Below, piece after piece: positions 11,985 through 22,599 of a stretch of DNA of 64,000 bases (position 1 is the stretch's first letter; each line of letters opens with the position of its first letter). Both the position numbers and the translations under genes were made by a program. Under the pieces are notes generated by a model, which saw only the letters and a list, made by a program, of their open reading frames with translations, had not been told where the DNA came from and searched no databases. The DNA is from Macrostomum hystrix (lineage: Eukaryota; Animalia; Platyhelminthes), in contig CATNEN010000030.1 in the NCBI GenBank assembly GCA_950097015.1, forward strand, positions 3,224,001 through 3,288,000. Direction: 5' to 3'.

Positions 11985-12135
11985 GTCGAGCCGACAGCAC
12001 AGCCGCAGCTATTGCGCGGCGCATCTGAAGGCTGCGTACGGCTGTTCAGTCCATGGACTGGGGGGGACACCACACGCACCCTCGATTACCTCATCTAATC
12101 CTGGTACTCATTTAGCAGCGGGTTGAGCTGAAAAA
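11985..12135 (-). mobile_element. SINE family 1, 3' portion
   Basis: gctgttcagtccatggactgg...ggtactcatttagcagc is the reverse complement of the 21490-21625 segment. Confidence 0.7.
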
Positions 12136-12811
12136 GCGCAGATTTATTTACCCCCCGCTATAAACAATTTATAGAACATCTCTGTACCAGCATCTGTATG
12201 AATAGATCAGACCTGCAATTGTACCAGCACATACAGTTGCTAGAATCTGCATCAGCATGTCATCTTCAACTGTGCCTAAAAGATGTAATAACAGAAAATG
12301 GCACATTTAAACTTTAATTAAGTCTTTAAATGACTGGAATGGGTCGAATGAAGAATTCAGCAAAGCGTGCATAATAATCGGATTTCTATTCAATAAATAA
12401 ACATTTATTCGACATGGTGCGTCCGGCAATGGAGTAATTATTACGAGCACCTATCGATAATATGATAAAGCTACTTACTAAATATTTTTTATCGTATTAT
12501 TAATATTTTATAAAGCAAAACACAAGCAAAGTAAGAGCTGATTATGATAATTTTGAAATATGTACAATATTTATTAAAACTCGCGTACACGTTATAAAAA
12601 TAAGCACCCTACTTACAGTAGCAAGCATGCTATCTGCACACGGATTTTTTGTTATGAATAATGTGCCACACTGCCACCCAGATGAATAAGCTAGTCTGGG
12701 CTTGCCTGACAATTTCATTCACTGTAGTAGAGACGAAGCTAAGTTTAGAAAAGGAATGCTTGTAAAAGTGCTTCTGAGTCAGCTTCTCTGAGCTGTTTCG
12801 GCAACGCCTAA

Positions 12812-15107
12812 TCACGGTCCGAACTTTGTCATGCTCCAGGCCTCGTAGTTGTTGCAGTTGTCTGTGAAGCAGAAGCAGCGCTGCAAGTAGGAGTGCGAGC
12901 CGAGGTTCTCCACGCAGCCGCCGTTGCGGAAACGGCTGTCCACCTCCTCCTCCATGCAGAACCGACTGATCACCAGGGTGACTGAAATCAGTGTGTGTCC
13001 CAGATTGACTACCAGTTTGATAATTCAGTTTAAGTCCCTGTCTGAGTCGCGTTTTAAGCCACAGATTTAGTGCCAGTGACCCAGTTTGAGTCTCAGTTTG
13101 AGTCCAATATAGTTTGAGTCTCAGAGTCTCATTTTGAGTAATATTATGGGTGCCAGTTTGAGTCCCAGTTTGAGTCCCAGTTTGAGTAGCAGTTTGAGTC
13201 TAATTTTGAGTCCTAGATTGACTGCTAGTTTGATTTTTAGCTAAAGTCTCTGTCTGAGTCGCGTTTTAAGCCACAAACTTGGTCCTAGTGACCAAGTTTG
13301 AGTCTTAGATTGAGTTCCAGTTTGTATCCCAGATTGAGTCCCAGTTTGAGTAACAGTTTAAGTAGCAGTTTGAGTAGCAGTTGAGTCCAAGTTTAAGTCC
13401 CAGTTTAAATCTCCGTTTTACTCTTAGATTGAGACCCAGTGTGAGTCCCACTTTGCGTCAAAGAATGAGTCCAAGTTAGAGTCCCAGTTTGAGTCCCAGT
13501 TTGAGTCTAAGAATGAGTCCAAGTTAGAGTCACAGTTTGAGTCAAATTTGAGTCCCTCTCTGAATTCCAGATTGTGTCCCAGATTAAATCTCAGTTGGAT
13601 TCCCAGTTCTAGTCCCTGAATCGAGTCCCAGCATCAGTCCCAGCTTGAATTCCAGTATCAGTAGTTTATATGTTTCTAAGTTCCGATAGTCTAGCTAAAA
13701 TACCAAAAATTTTCGGATTCTTTAAAGATTCAAAGCCTCCTATTGAATGCTTAGCGCAGGTCACAGACCCCATCTCACCCTGGCTTTCGTCTCCGCCACG
13801 CGGCTTCCTGTGATGATTCTCGCTCCAGGTGACAAAGGTGCCGCAGGCCTTGCAAATCTTCTTAGTTTTAGGCAGTTTGCTGACTGACACAATGATCCAG
13901 TTCTTCGTGCCGGTCAGACTGTCAATGCGGAATTCCTGGCACTGCACCCGGTCTGCTGTCTCGCCGCGGAACACGTTGCACTCGTAGCAGCTGATGCCGC
14001 CAGCGCTATCGTCCGTGCCGTGCGGACGAAGGCCCTGGGCTGCGGCGTTTGGGGTTTGAGGAGGTGTTTGACAGGTTATTTCAGTGTCATTTACTTACAG
14101 AATAATCCTGGGTTCGAATCCCCAACTTTTAGGGTCGAGCCTTGGATGGCAAGGCACTTCTACTTCAGAATTGTACTTTTTACTTCAACTCGGAATTGGG
14201 ATTCTGTGAATTAAGATTCTGTGAATTGGGATTCAGTGAATAGGGATTCTGTGAATTGGGATTCTGTGAATTGGGAGTCTGTGAATTGGGATTCTGTGAA
14301 CTAGGATTCTGTGAATTGGGATTCTGTGAATTGGGATTCTGTGAATTGGGATTTCTTGAATTAGAATTAGGTGAATTAGAATTAGGTGAATTAAAATTTG
14401 GTGAATTAGGATTTGGTGAATTAAAATTAGGTGAATTAGGATTTGGTGAATTCGGATTTGGTGAATTCGGATTCTGTGAATTGTGATTTCGTGAATTGTG
14501 ATTTCGTGAATTAGGATTTGGTGAAATAGGATTTGGTGAATTAGGATTTTTCAATTAGGATTTGGTTAATTAGGATTGGGTGAATTGGGATTCTGTGAGT
14601 TGGGATTCTGAGAATTGGGATTCTGTGAATTGGGATCTCGTGAATTAAAATTTGATGAATTAAAATTTGATGAATTAGGATTTGATGAATTAGGATTTGG
14701 TGAATTAGGATTTGGTGAATTAGGATTTGGTGAATTAGGATTTAGTGAATTGGGATTCTGTGAATAGTGACTTCGTTAATTATGATTTCGTGAATTGTGA
14801 TTTCGTGAATGAGGATTTTGTGGATTAGGATTAGGTTAATTAGGATTTTTTCAATTATGATTTGGTGAATTGGGATTCTGTGAACTAGAATTTGCCGAAA
14901 TAGGATTTGGTGATTTAAGATTTGGTGAATTAGGATTTGGTGAATTATGATCAATTAAATAATTTTGTATCCTGATACAAGTGGCTATTAACTGTATTTC
15001 GTGAATACACAAACTTAGAGAAGTGTACAATCAGACTCACCAGCATGACACATCAGGACCAGCGCTATTATGCTATGAAATAGCATATTTGCAATCGAGC
15101 TAGTCAT
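12812..15107 (-). CDS. Secreted Ly6/uPAR (three-finger, quiver-like) protein, 165 aa; exons 15107-15041, 14039-13779, 12981-12812
   Basis: Signal-peptide exon MTSSIANMLFHSIIALVLMCHA with donor G|gtgagt. Exon 2 has ISCYECN...QC...CKAC and exon 3 has FC...GC...RCFCFTDNCNN. Ten Cys in total, both introns phase 1, ends NYEAWSMTKFGP*. Confidence 0.8.
13000..13660. repeat. Degenerate 12-bp repeat (tttgagtcccag), Ly6 intron 2
   Basis: Recurrent gagtcccagttt units. Confidence 0.75.
14190..14950. repeat. 15-bp minisatellite (gtgaattgggattct / gtgaattaggatttg), Ly6 intron 1
   Basis: About 50 copies with variants. Confidence 0.9.
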
Positions 15108-15699
15108 TATGCCGAATGCGCAACGCTAAAGGATGGCATAAACTAGACTATAAAGAAATACTGGCGAGAGAAGAAATACACCTTTTAAACCTTATCGGAA
15201 CAAACTGAGTCACTCAGGGTTAAGCCTCTCTGTGTGTGTGTGGATTCGTTATCGCTAATTCGCAATGTACAGTGTACTGATAAGGCCTCAGTTTTAACCT
15301 CAGAAAGACAGCGAGCTCTGAATTGCATTGAACCCTTCATAGACCATTACCCCACCAGAGCAGCATTTTCCGGACCACTGCAGGCTGACTGCATGGCTGT
15401 CCTAAATTTAGATTATACTGGTGCAAATAGGCAATTCTGATGCACTACTTAAAGAAAATCATATATGACTTCCATTTCGTTAACCTATTTTTCAGTTTTT
15501 TATTATTAGAGAGCTGAATATATTGTTCACATTTTAGATGAAGCTGGTGTGTCAGTATATAGGAAGTTTAAACAAAAAACATAATTTTTGACTTTTCTGA
15601 CAAAATCTCTAGAAATTTTTAATACGGAAATTCGTATTAATTTTTAATATCTATTTTAAAAGATACGTGTGAGCACGCGCGCACACAGATACCGTACGC

Positions 15700-15910
15700 A
15701 GGCACACGCTCACACAGGTGTGTACATCTGCCCCTGACTTTCTCATCTTTCACTTTCACTGTGCCTTGGAGGTTGGCCCTCAAGGGCGTAAATTGCACGA
15801 CATGCCCCGAAGCCTTCTCTCCGCGGCTGCGCCCCAAATGAGTGTGGCCTCGCCGCGGAATCGAGCTTGGGACCTTGCTGAAAGAGGCAAATGCGTTAGA
15901 CTCACCCCCA
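15700..15910 (-). mobile_element. tRNA-derived SINE family 2
   Basis: Shares gcgccccaa..tgtggcctcg.cgcggaatcgagc..ggaccttg..gagaggcaaa with 37790-37930; B-box-like gctcgattccg on the minus strand. Confidence 0.65.
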
Positions 15911-16759
15911 AAACTTCCTTATAGAGTATATCAATGACTATCTGGCCAGTGTATTGTACAGCCAGTCAGCCAGTCAGTCTAATATAGGTACGGAAAAACA
16001 GTTGTTTTATATTTAGAGCCTCATGACTGACGCACCCTACGATTGTAGGAATTCGACATACAGAGACAACTGGCCAGCATTTGTTGTTAAGGTAATCAAA
16101 GTTGCAAAGTAAACACATTTCACCTTAGTCCGATCTTTATTCACTTTAAATTCATATTAGTGTGAAATATGAACCACACACACACTTGCTGGACACGTAT
16201 TTGTTTAAATGCGATTATCAGTACGAATAAGCAAATTATGATGCAAATACTGCTTTAATACTTCTCAATAATGAGTCGCATTCAAATAGAAGAGAGCATG
16301 TACTCGTATGTATTTCAAGTTGAATTGATACAAATCTATTGAAAAATATGCACACAGCGTGTAAAAAGTGTCAATAAGTATTAAGCAATCATGAACCGCC
16401 AAATAAATTTTTATTGTCAGTTAGCTTGCTTGGTTATTCGTGAATATTCGTTGATTTATAAAGGCCCCAATTAGTTTTTTTTGCATGTAACAATCTTAGA
16501 ACTGATTGTAAAAGAATGAAGAAAAGTATTGATTATAAATCTGGAATGAAAACAAATAATTAAAGAAGTGGCCTTAACAATTACTGCCTTTGACTGCGTT
16601 GTCAATGGAAAAAAAAGTTTACATATTGAATTCATAACCTTCAAAGTACTATGGGTGATTGGTTCAAGAGATTTTTCATTTAGGGAGATTTCTGATATCT
16701 GACCAGGTTGTATAGGCTAATAAAAGTTATGGCACACGGAGATGATACATGCAAAAAAT

Positions 16760-18355
16760 TGGTACACCGAAAGCCAGATGGAGGTACACCGAAGGGCCAG
16801 ATGGAGGTACACCGAAGGGCCAGATGTAGGTACATTGAAGGACCAAATGAAGGTACATTGAAGGACCAGAAGGAGGTACATTGAAGGGCCAGATGGAGGT
16901 ACATTGAAGGACCAACTGGAGGTACATTGAAGGACCAGAAGGAGGTACATTGAAGGACCAAATGAAGGTACATTGAAGGACCAGAAGGAGGTACATTGAA
17001 GGGCCAGATGGAGGTACATTGAAGGACCAACTGGAGGTACATTGAAGGACCAGAAGGAGGTACATTGAAGGGCCAGAAGGAGGTACATTGAAGGACCAAC
17101 TGGAAGTACACCAAAGGGCCAGATGGAGGTACATTGAAGGACCAACTGGAAGTACACCAAAGGGCCAGATGGAGGTACATTGAAGGACCAACTGGAGGTA
17201 CATTGAAGGTCAAAATGGAGGTACATTGAAGGGCCAGATGGAGGTACATTGAAGGACCAACTGAAGGTACATTGAAGGACCAGAAGGAGGTACATTGAAG
17301 GACCAAATGAAGGTACATTGAAGGACCAGAAGGAGGTACATTGAAGGGCCAGATGGAGGTACATTGAAGGACCAACTGGAGGTACATTGAAGGACCAGAA
17401 GGAGGTACATTGAAGGGCCAGAAGGAGGTACATTGAAGGACCAACTGGAAGTACACCAAAGGGCCAGATGGAGGTACATTGAAGGACCAACTGGAAGTAC
17501 ACCAAAGGGCCAGATGGAGGTACATTGAAGGACCAACTGGAGGTACATTGAAGGTCAAAATGGAGGTACATTGAAGGGCCAGATGGAGGTACATTGAAGG
17601 ACCAACTGGAGGTACATTGAAGGACCAGAAGGAGGTACATTGAAGGACCAAATGAAGGTACATTGAAGGACCAGAAGGAGGTACATTGAAGGACCAGAAG
17701 GAGGTACATTGAAGGGCCAGATGGAGGTACATTGAAGGACCAACTGGAGGTACATTGAAGGACCAGAAGGAGGTACATTGAAGGACCAAATGAAGGTACA
17801 TTGAAGGACCAGAAGGAGGTACATTGAAGGGCCAGATGGAGGTACATTGAAGGACCAACTGGAGGTACATTGAAGGACCAGAAGGAGGTACATTGAAGGG
17901 CCAGAAGGAGGTACATTGAAGGACCAACTGGAAGTACACCAAAGGGCCAGATGGAGGTACATTGAAGGACCAACTGGAAGTACACCAAAGGGCCAGATGG
18001 AGGTACATTAAAGGACCAACTGGAGGTACATTGAAGGTCAAAATGGAGGTACATTGAAGGGCCAGATGGAGGTACATTGAAGGACCAACTGGAGGTACAT
18101 TGAAGGACAAAATGGAGGTACATTGAAGGGCCAGAAGGAGGTACATTGAAGGGCCAGAAGGAGGTACATTGAAGGGCCAGAAGGAGGTACATTGAAGGGC
18201 CAGAAGGAGGTACATTGAAGGACAAAATGGAGGTAAATTGAAGGGCCAGAAGGAGGTACATTGAAGGGCCAGAAGGAGGTACATTGAAGGACCAACTGGA
18301 GGTACATTGAAGGGCCAGATGGAGGTACATTGAAGGGCCAGAAGGACCAGATGGA
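16760..18355. repeat. 23-bp minisatellite (ggaggtacattgaaggaccagaa) with higher-order structure
   Basis: About 69 copies; the variant aggtcaaaatgg recurs at about 17209, 17554 and 18037. Confidence 0.95.
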
Positions 18356-18503
18356 AGCATTGGTTTGCAACAGCCCAGCGAAATTGGTGAGAGGGACATT
18401 CAATGGTTGGTAGAGGTTTTACAGTAGATTTGGCAAGGTCATGAGTCCGATTATACTTGAAATACTAAAATCTTTGAGAGAAAGAGCATTCCAGACATGG
18501 CAA

Positions 18504-20906
18504 TCAGATTTGGCCGCTGAAAATCTGCGACTCGTTCTTGAGGATGTCGAACCACTCCTGCAGGTGGGAGGCCTCTCGCTCAGCTGAGCGCATACCTGCC
18601 TCGGCGGTCATGCGCAGCCGGCAGACACTGATGTCCGCCACCCTCAGCCGGACCTCAGACGCGTCCTCAGCCAATTCAACAGACAAGTTCATCGGCAGCA
18701 CGATGTTGTGAGCGGGCACAAAGTCGTTCTTCATCCGGTATATATTGAACAGCTCGCCTTCCACTGTACACCACATTTTGCACCAGTGAACCTGAAGAAA
18801 GCTTGGCGCCTTTTCCTTCTTGGCCTGTTGCACTTCGATGCGCACGTTCAGGTAGCCCTGAATGCGTACCTCGCTGCCTTCGTTAGATTTGTTGAACTTC
18901 TCGATCAGTTCCCGATGCCTGGCGTCCAGCGGAGAGTTGGTTTTGTCGCGTCTGTTGACCCGATTCCGGCAGAAGAAGCAAGCCCGCTTGAGCTCATCGG
19001 TAGCCCAGGCCACCGCGCACGTGTATTTGCTGCAGCTGCCGCAGAAGATTCCGCCGCACAGCCGGCAGTGGTGTCGACGCCGCGTCAATGTGAAGATGGC
19101 TGCGCAGGCCTGGCACTGGGAGACGTCGCGATCCTTCAGCTTCATGGGCTGCTTGTTGCCCAGGTCGTCGTCTTCAAAAGTCTTCCAGGGGAACTTCTCA
19201 TTGGTAGAGTTCGAGTCGCCAAATGTGACGTTTAGCTTTCTGAATGCGGCAATCCACTTGTCGAAATCATCCAGAGTCGGGAACGAGAAGTCGTAGGTTT
19301 TCTGCAGAGTCCTGAGTCGGAAGCAGTTTGGATAGTCGGCGCTCAGCTTCTCGTCCAGCGTCAGCACTAAGCTTTTGTCTACAGAAACAATCCGCTGAAC
19401 AGTCTTCCAGAGGGCTTTCACCTCGCACAGAAGCAGCATGCTGGAGGACAGAATGAGAAAGCGGATCTGCTGACGATTCTTAGACGAAATCTTCAGCACC
19501 TTGGCACTTAGCAGGTATTGCGAGCAGATGAACTTCTCCTTCTCTGCCTGCAGCTCCGCGGGAAATGCGACGTCGCTTAGGATGGCCAGCAGCTTCTGAA
19601 GGCTCTCAACCTCTGACATCTTCACGTTGAAGCTGTCCGTCACCTTTTCAATGATTTCGAGAGCCCGCTTGGCGCTCGGGTAGTCCGGGTGCTGCTCGCC
19701 GATCTCCTTGAGATAGCGGGCCATGAGCATGGGATAGCGCAGCGGCCGCTGCACCGGCTCCAGCATGTGGCTGGTCACGTCCAGCATGCGGTCAGCCATT
19801 TCCGGACACTCGCCGCGCGCACGCAGGAAGGTCGCGTTGATGGCCTCCTCGCGCTTCCACTCACTGATCTGGTTCAGGTGCAATTTGTATTTTGTGTAGT
19901 ACCCAGAGTAGAGTAGCAGGTGATGGCCGTACTTCGCCATCACTGGGCCGAGACAGCATCTCTGCAGCTCCCCACCAGCCTCTTGACTGACTTGTTCAAG
20001 TTCTTTCAGCAGCTCTTGATGCAGCTGCCTGAAGGTGTCAAAGTCCAAAAAGATCTCCTTTAGTTTGTCCACCAAGTGGGGCAGTTCGGAGCTCACTCTA
20101 GGATAATAGTGATTCGACAGCAGGTCCATTCGGCGAATGTACTTTTTCTCTGTGGCTATTAGCTCTTCGAGTGCGTTTTTACATTCGAAATTCTGAGCTG
20201 CCGCCGTCGCCGCTGCTACTGCGGCTACGTCAGCGTCTGACACAACGATACCATCAGGGCCGACTAGAGCGTCGTCGCAGTAGAAGGTTTTTCGCAGGTC
20301 CAGCATCGTTGAATGCCCGTTCTCGTTGATGTCGGACATGTCGCTGGCAGTCGTGTCGCTGGTGGCAACCGAGGACGCGGAAGCGGACAGGAAGTTCCCT
20401 GGCCTCAGCGCATCGACTCCAGCTGAATTGGACTCGGAAGATTCCGGTGCCTTTAGCCTCCCACCTGCGGGAGCCTTTTGATGCATCAGCGACGGTGATT
20501 TCGGCGGCCTCGATGGTTTCGGCGGCTTCGGCGGCTTCGGCGGCTTCGTCCTCAATCGAGGTACTGGTGGTGTGGGCGGGCTAGTGGGGCGCAATACCGG
20601 TGGCTGCGGCACCAGAAAGTGAGAGTTCTTTAACCGGCTTGTGACCTTGTTGGACAGCATGAGCTGCAGGGCGGCCTCCCGGATGGCCGTCAGGTGAAGG
20701 TGGCAGGTCTTCTGGTCAGCGTCAATCTTTAGGAAGCAGACATTCTGGCACCAGTTCTGCTGGAAGCTCTTTAGATCGTCAATTAGATTGCTGATGGACT
20801 GCTGCTGGCCGTGCGACAGGCAGTGCGCCAGCCCATTGTCCAGCGCGTCCCTGATGGCCTCCAGCTTGCCGCCGGCCCTTCGGCTGCAGTGAATCACCAG
20901 GCGTTG
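18504..20906 (-). CDS. FGD-family RhoGEF (Pro-rich, DH, PH, FYVE, PH), single 2.4-kb coding exon; true start codon not within this exon's first 80 codons
   Basis: DH: NALEELIATEKKYI...LEPVQRPLRYPMLM...HPDY. PH: KVLKISSK...FRLRTLQKTYDF...KWIAAF. FYVE: CQACAAIFTLTRRRHHCRLCGGIFCGSCS...RACFFC. A C-terminal PH follows. This domain order is diagnostic of FGD1-6/frabin. Acceptor tcctcag| at 20907. Confidence 0.9.
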   Translation of the reverse strand, partial: QRLVIHCSRRAGGKLEAIRDALDNGLAHCLSHGQQQSISNLIDDLKSFQQNWCQNVCFLKIDADQKTCHLHLTAIREAALQLMLSNKVTSRLKNSHFLVPQPPVLRPTSPPTPPVPRLRTKPPKPPKPPKPSRPPKSPSLMHQKAPAGGRLKAPESSESNSAGVDALRPGNFLSASASSVATSDTTASDMSDINENGHSTMLDLRKTFYCDDALVGPDGIVVSDADVAAVAAATAAAQNFECKNALEELIATEKKYIRRMDLLSNHYYPRVSSELPHLVDKLKEIFLDFDTFRQLHQELLKELEQVSQEAGGELQRCCLGPVMAKYGHHLLLYSGYYTKYKLHLNQISEWKREEAINATFLRARGECPEMADRMLDVTSHMLEPVQRPLRYPMLMARYLKEIGEQHPDYPSAKRALEIIEKVTDSFNVKMSEVESLQKLLAILSDVAFPAELQAEKEKFICSQYLLSAKVLKISSKNRQQIRFLILSSSMLLLCEVKALWKTVQRIVSVDKSLVLTLDEKLSADYPNCFRLRTLQKTYDFSFPTLDDFDKWIAAFRKLNVTFGDSNSTNEKFPWKTFEDDDLGNKQPMKLKDRDVSQCQACAAIFTLTRRRHHCRLCGGIFCGSCSKYTCAVAWATDELKRACFFCRNRVNRRDKTNSPLDARHRELIEKFNKSNEGSEVRIQGYLNVRIEVQQAKKEKAPSFLQVHWCKMWCTVEGELFNIYRMKNDFVPAHNIVLPMNLSVELAEDASEVRLRVADISVCRLRMTAEAGMRSAEREASHLQEWFDILKNESQIFSGQI

Positions 20907-21094
20907 CTGAGGACAACATTTTCAGTAGGTTTGCGCTTGAATTCAGATAATAACAAGACGATGACAATACTCAGATAATAATGACTGCTAAAGCAGACGG
21001 TTCTCTCGATTCGTAAAAAAAATTGCTTAAACCAAAATCATCCATTGACAGGGACAGAGAGCTGCAGTACAAGTATTTCAGGTGGGCCAGATTA

Positions 21095-21312
21095 TACATG
21101 TGGGCCAGGTGTGCAGCCGCCAGCACAGCCGCAGCGGTGCATCAGAAGGCTACTTACGCTGTTCAGCCCATGGACTGAGGGGATGCCACACCCACCCTCA
21201 ATTACCCCAGCTAATGCTGGTACACATTTAACAGCTGGGTGAACTGAAGCTAAAATACACAAATTGTTCCAGTTGAGTTGGGAATCGAACCTTCGACCTT
21301 CGAGTCGTGTAC
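21095..21312 (-). mobile_element. SINE family 1 copy, head-to-head with the 21368 copy
   Basis: The reverse complement contains ggttcgattccc, cagctgttaaatgtgtacc and cagtccatgggctgaacagc. Confidence 0.75.
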
Positions 21313-21367
21313 TCAATTAATGCAGAGAGTAAAAATTCTTAATTGAATGAGGTTGTAGCTTAGGTAG

Positions 21368-21672
21368 AGGTTGTAGCCTAGTGGTTAGGGCGTCGGACTC
21401 ACAACTTGAAGGTCGGGGGTTCGATTCCCGACTCCAATGAAACAATTTGTGTCCTTTAGCAAGACACTAAACTCTGCATTGCTTCAGTGCACACAGCTGT
21501 TAAATGGGTGCCAGCGTCAGCTGGGATAACTGAAGGTGGGTGTGGCGTCCCCCCAGTCCATGGACTGAACAGCTGTACGCAGTCTTCAGATGCGCCGCGC
21601 AATAGCTGTGGCTGTGCTGTCGGCTGCACATCTGGCCCGATTGGGACAGGTGTAATCAATTATTATTATTAT
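21368..21672 (+). mobile_element. tRNA-derived CORE-type SINE (family 1), full length
   Basis: A box gtagcctagtggtt, B box ggttcgattcc, CORE-like tgtcctttagcaagacactaaac...cagctgttaaatgggt, family tail cagtccatggactgaacagc, and an (ATT)n end. Confidence 0.8.
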
Positions 21673-22599
21673 TATAGTATTATTCTTTATTTAATGGCTC
21701 TCAATGGATGAGTTCAGTTAAAAGTGCAGGGTTTATTAGCTATTTGCTTAGAATCGAGCTTCAATTATTTTTACGCTAGTCAAGAGTCTAGTTTTACATG
21801 ACCAGCGACGAGTCGTTTAACTCGAGTAGTCATTGGATAATAATGGGTTGGAGCACAACTCACGATATCTGTCAACTTGACCTCAAAGGTCAGCGTCTCA
21901 TCTTCGCCGGAGCTGCCCATTGTTGAATATGCAGATTCTTCTTTAAACCTGCCTTGAAACCCTCTTAAAAGGCTGTGACAACGCAGTCAAAAAAGTTCTC
22001 GGCTTAATTAAATTGTATAGGAGAGAATTTTATCAAGAAGAGAAACAGGGCCAGAGAGACCAATGTTAAGAAAGAGCTTGTGATCTTTCTAAGTCTGCGT
22101 ACAGCGTGCATGTTTATCGCCGGAAAGACATTGCGAGCCATTTTAAGCTACCTTACTAGCTTGGCCGCTCGTTCTGTCACCCTGGTCTCGTTGTCCGCCG
22201 TTTCTCATTCGCCATTGGGCTGATAGGCGTGTACTGAAACCCCCCAGCCTTAGAATGCGTGCGGCGGAAGAAAAGCAGTTTTTTTATTTCTCTCAGCCCA
22301 ACTTGCACCGACCCAGTTATGAATGTACAGTGCGTGTCAATGAGGTATAGGCCTTATTTTGCCTGGCTAAACTTTCCTCTCCAAGATATTCTAGGACCGA
22401 GTTACTACAAGATTTTGATTAGGATGAGAGTCATACACAGCGCACATAACGCCTGCTAGAATAGAGGTAGATTGCATTTTCTGCGCAGTTCATCGATTAA
22501 ATAGGCCATGGACGGTAACTTGGCAAAGGAAACAATAGAATACAGGTTCGGGAATTTCATTCATTTCTGAGATGGTGTCTGCTTGTTTCTGTATCTCTG

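Noticed and set aside
16680-18403. 534- and 560-aa ORFs
   Set aside because: Translation of the 23-bp satellite; the same peptide cycles through all frames.
19130-19170. FYVE domain lacks the WxxD tryptophan (QPMKLKD)
   Set aside because: Atypical FYVE domains without WxxD are already known in FGD1-3, so this is not novel.
20779-20967. 62-aa ORF overlapping the FGD 5' end
   Set aside because: Out of frame with the codon-biased FGD frame; at most an upstream ORF whose ATG lies 5' of the acceptor.
21368-21440. Possible tRNA-Val(CAC) gene
   Set aside because: The acceptor and anticodon stems do not pair, and it runs directly into a CORE-like SINE body shared with other copies.
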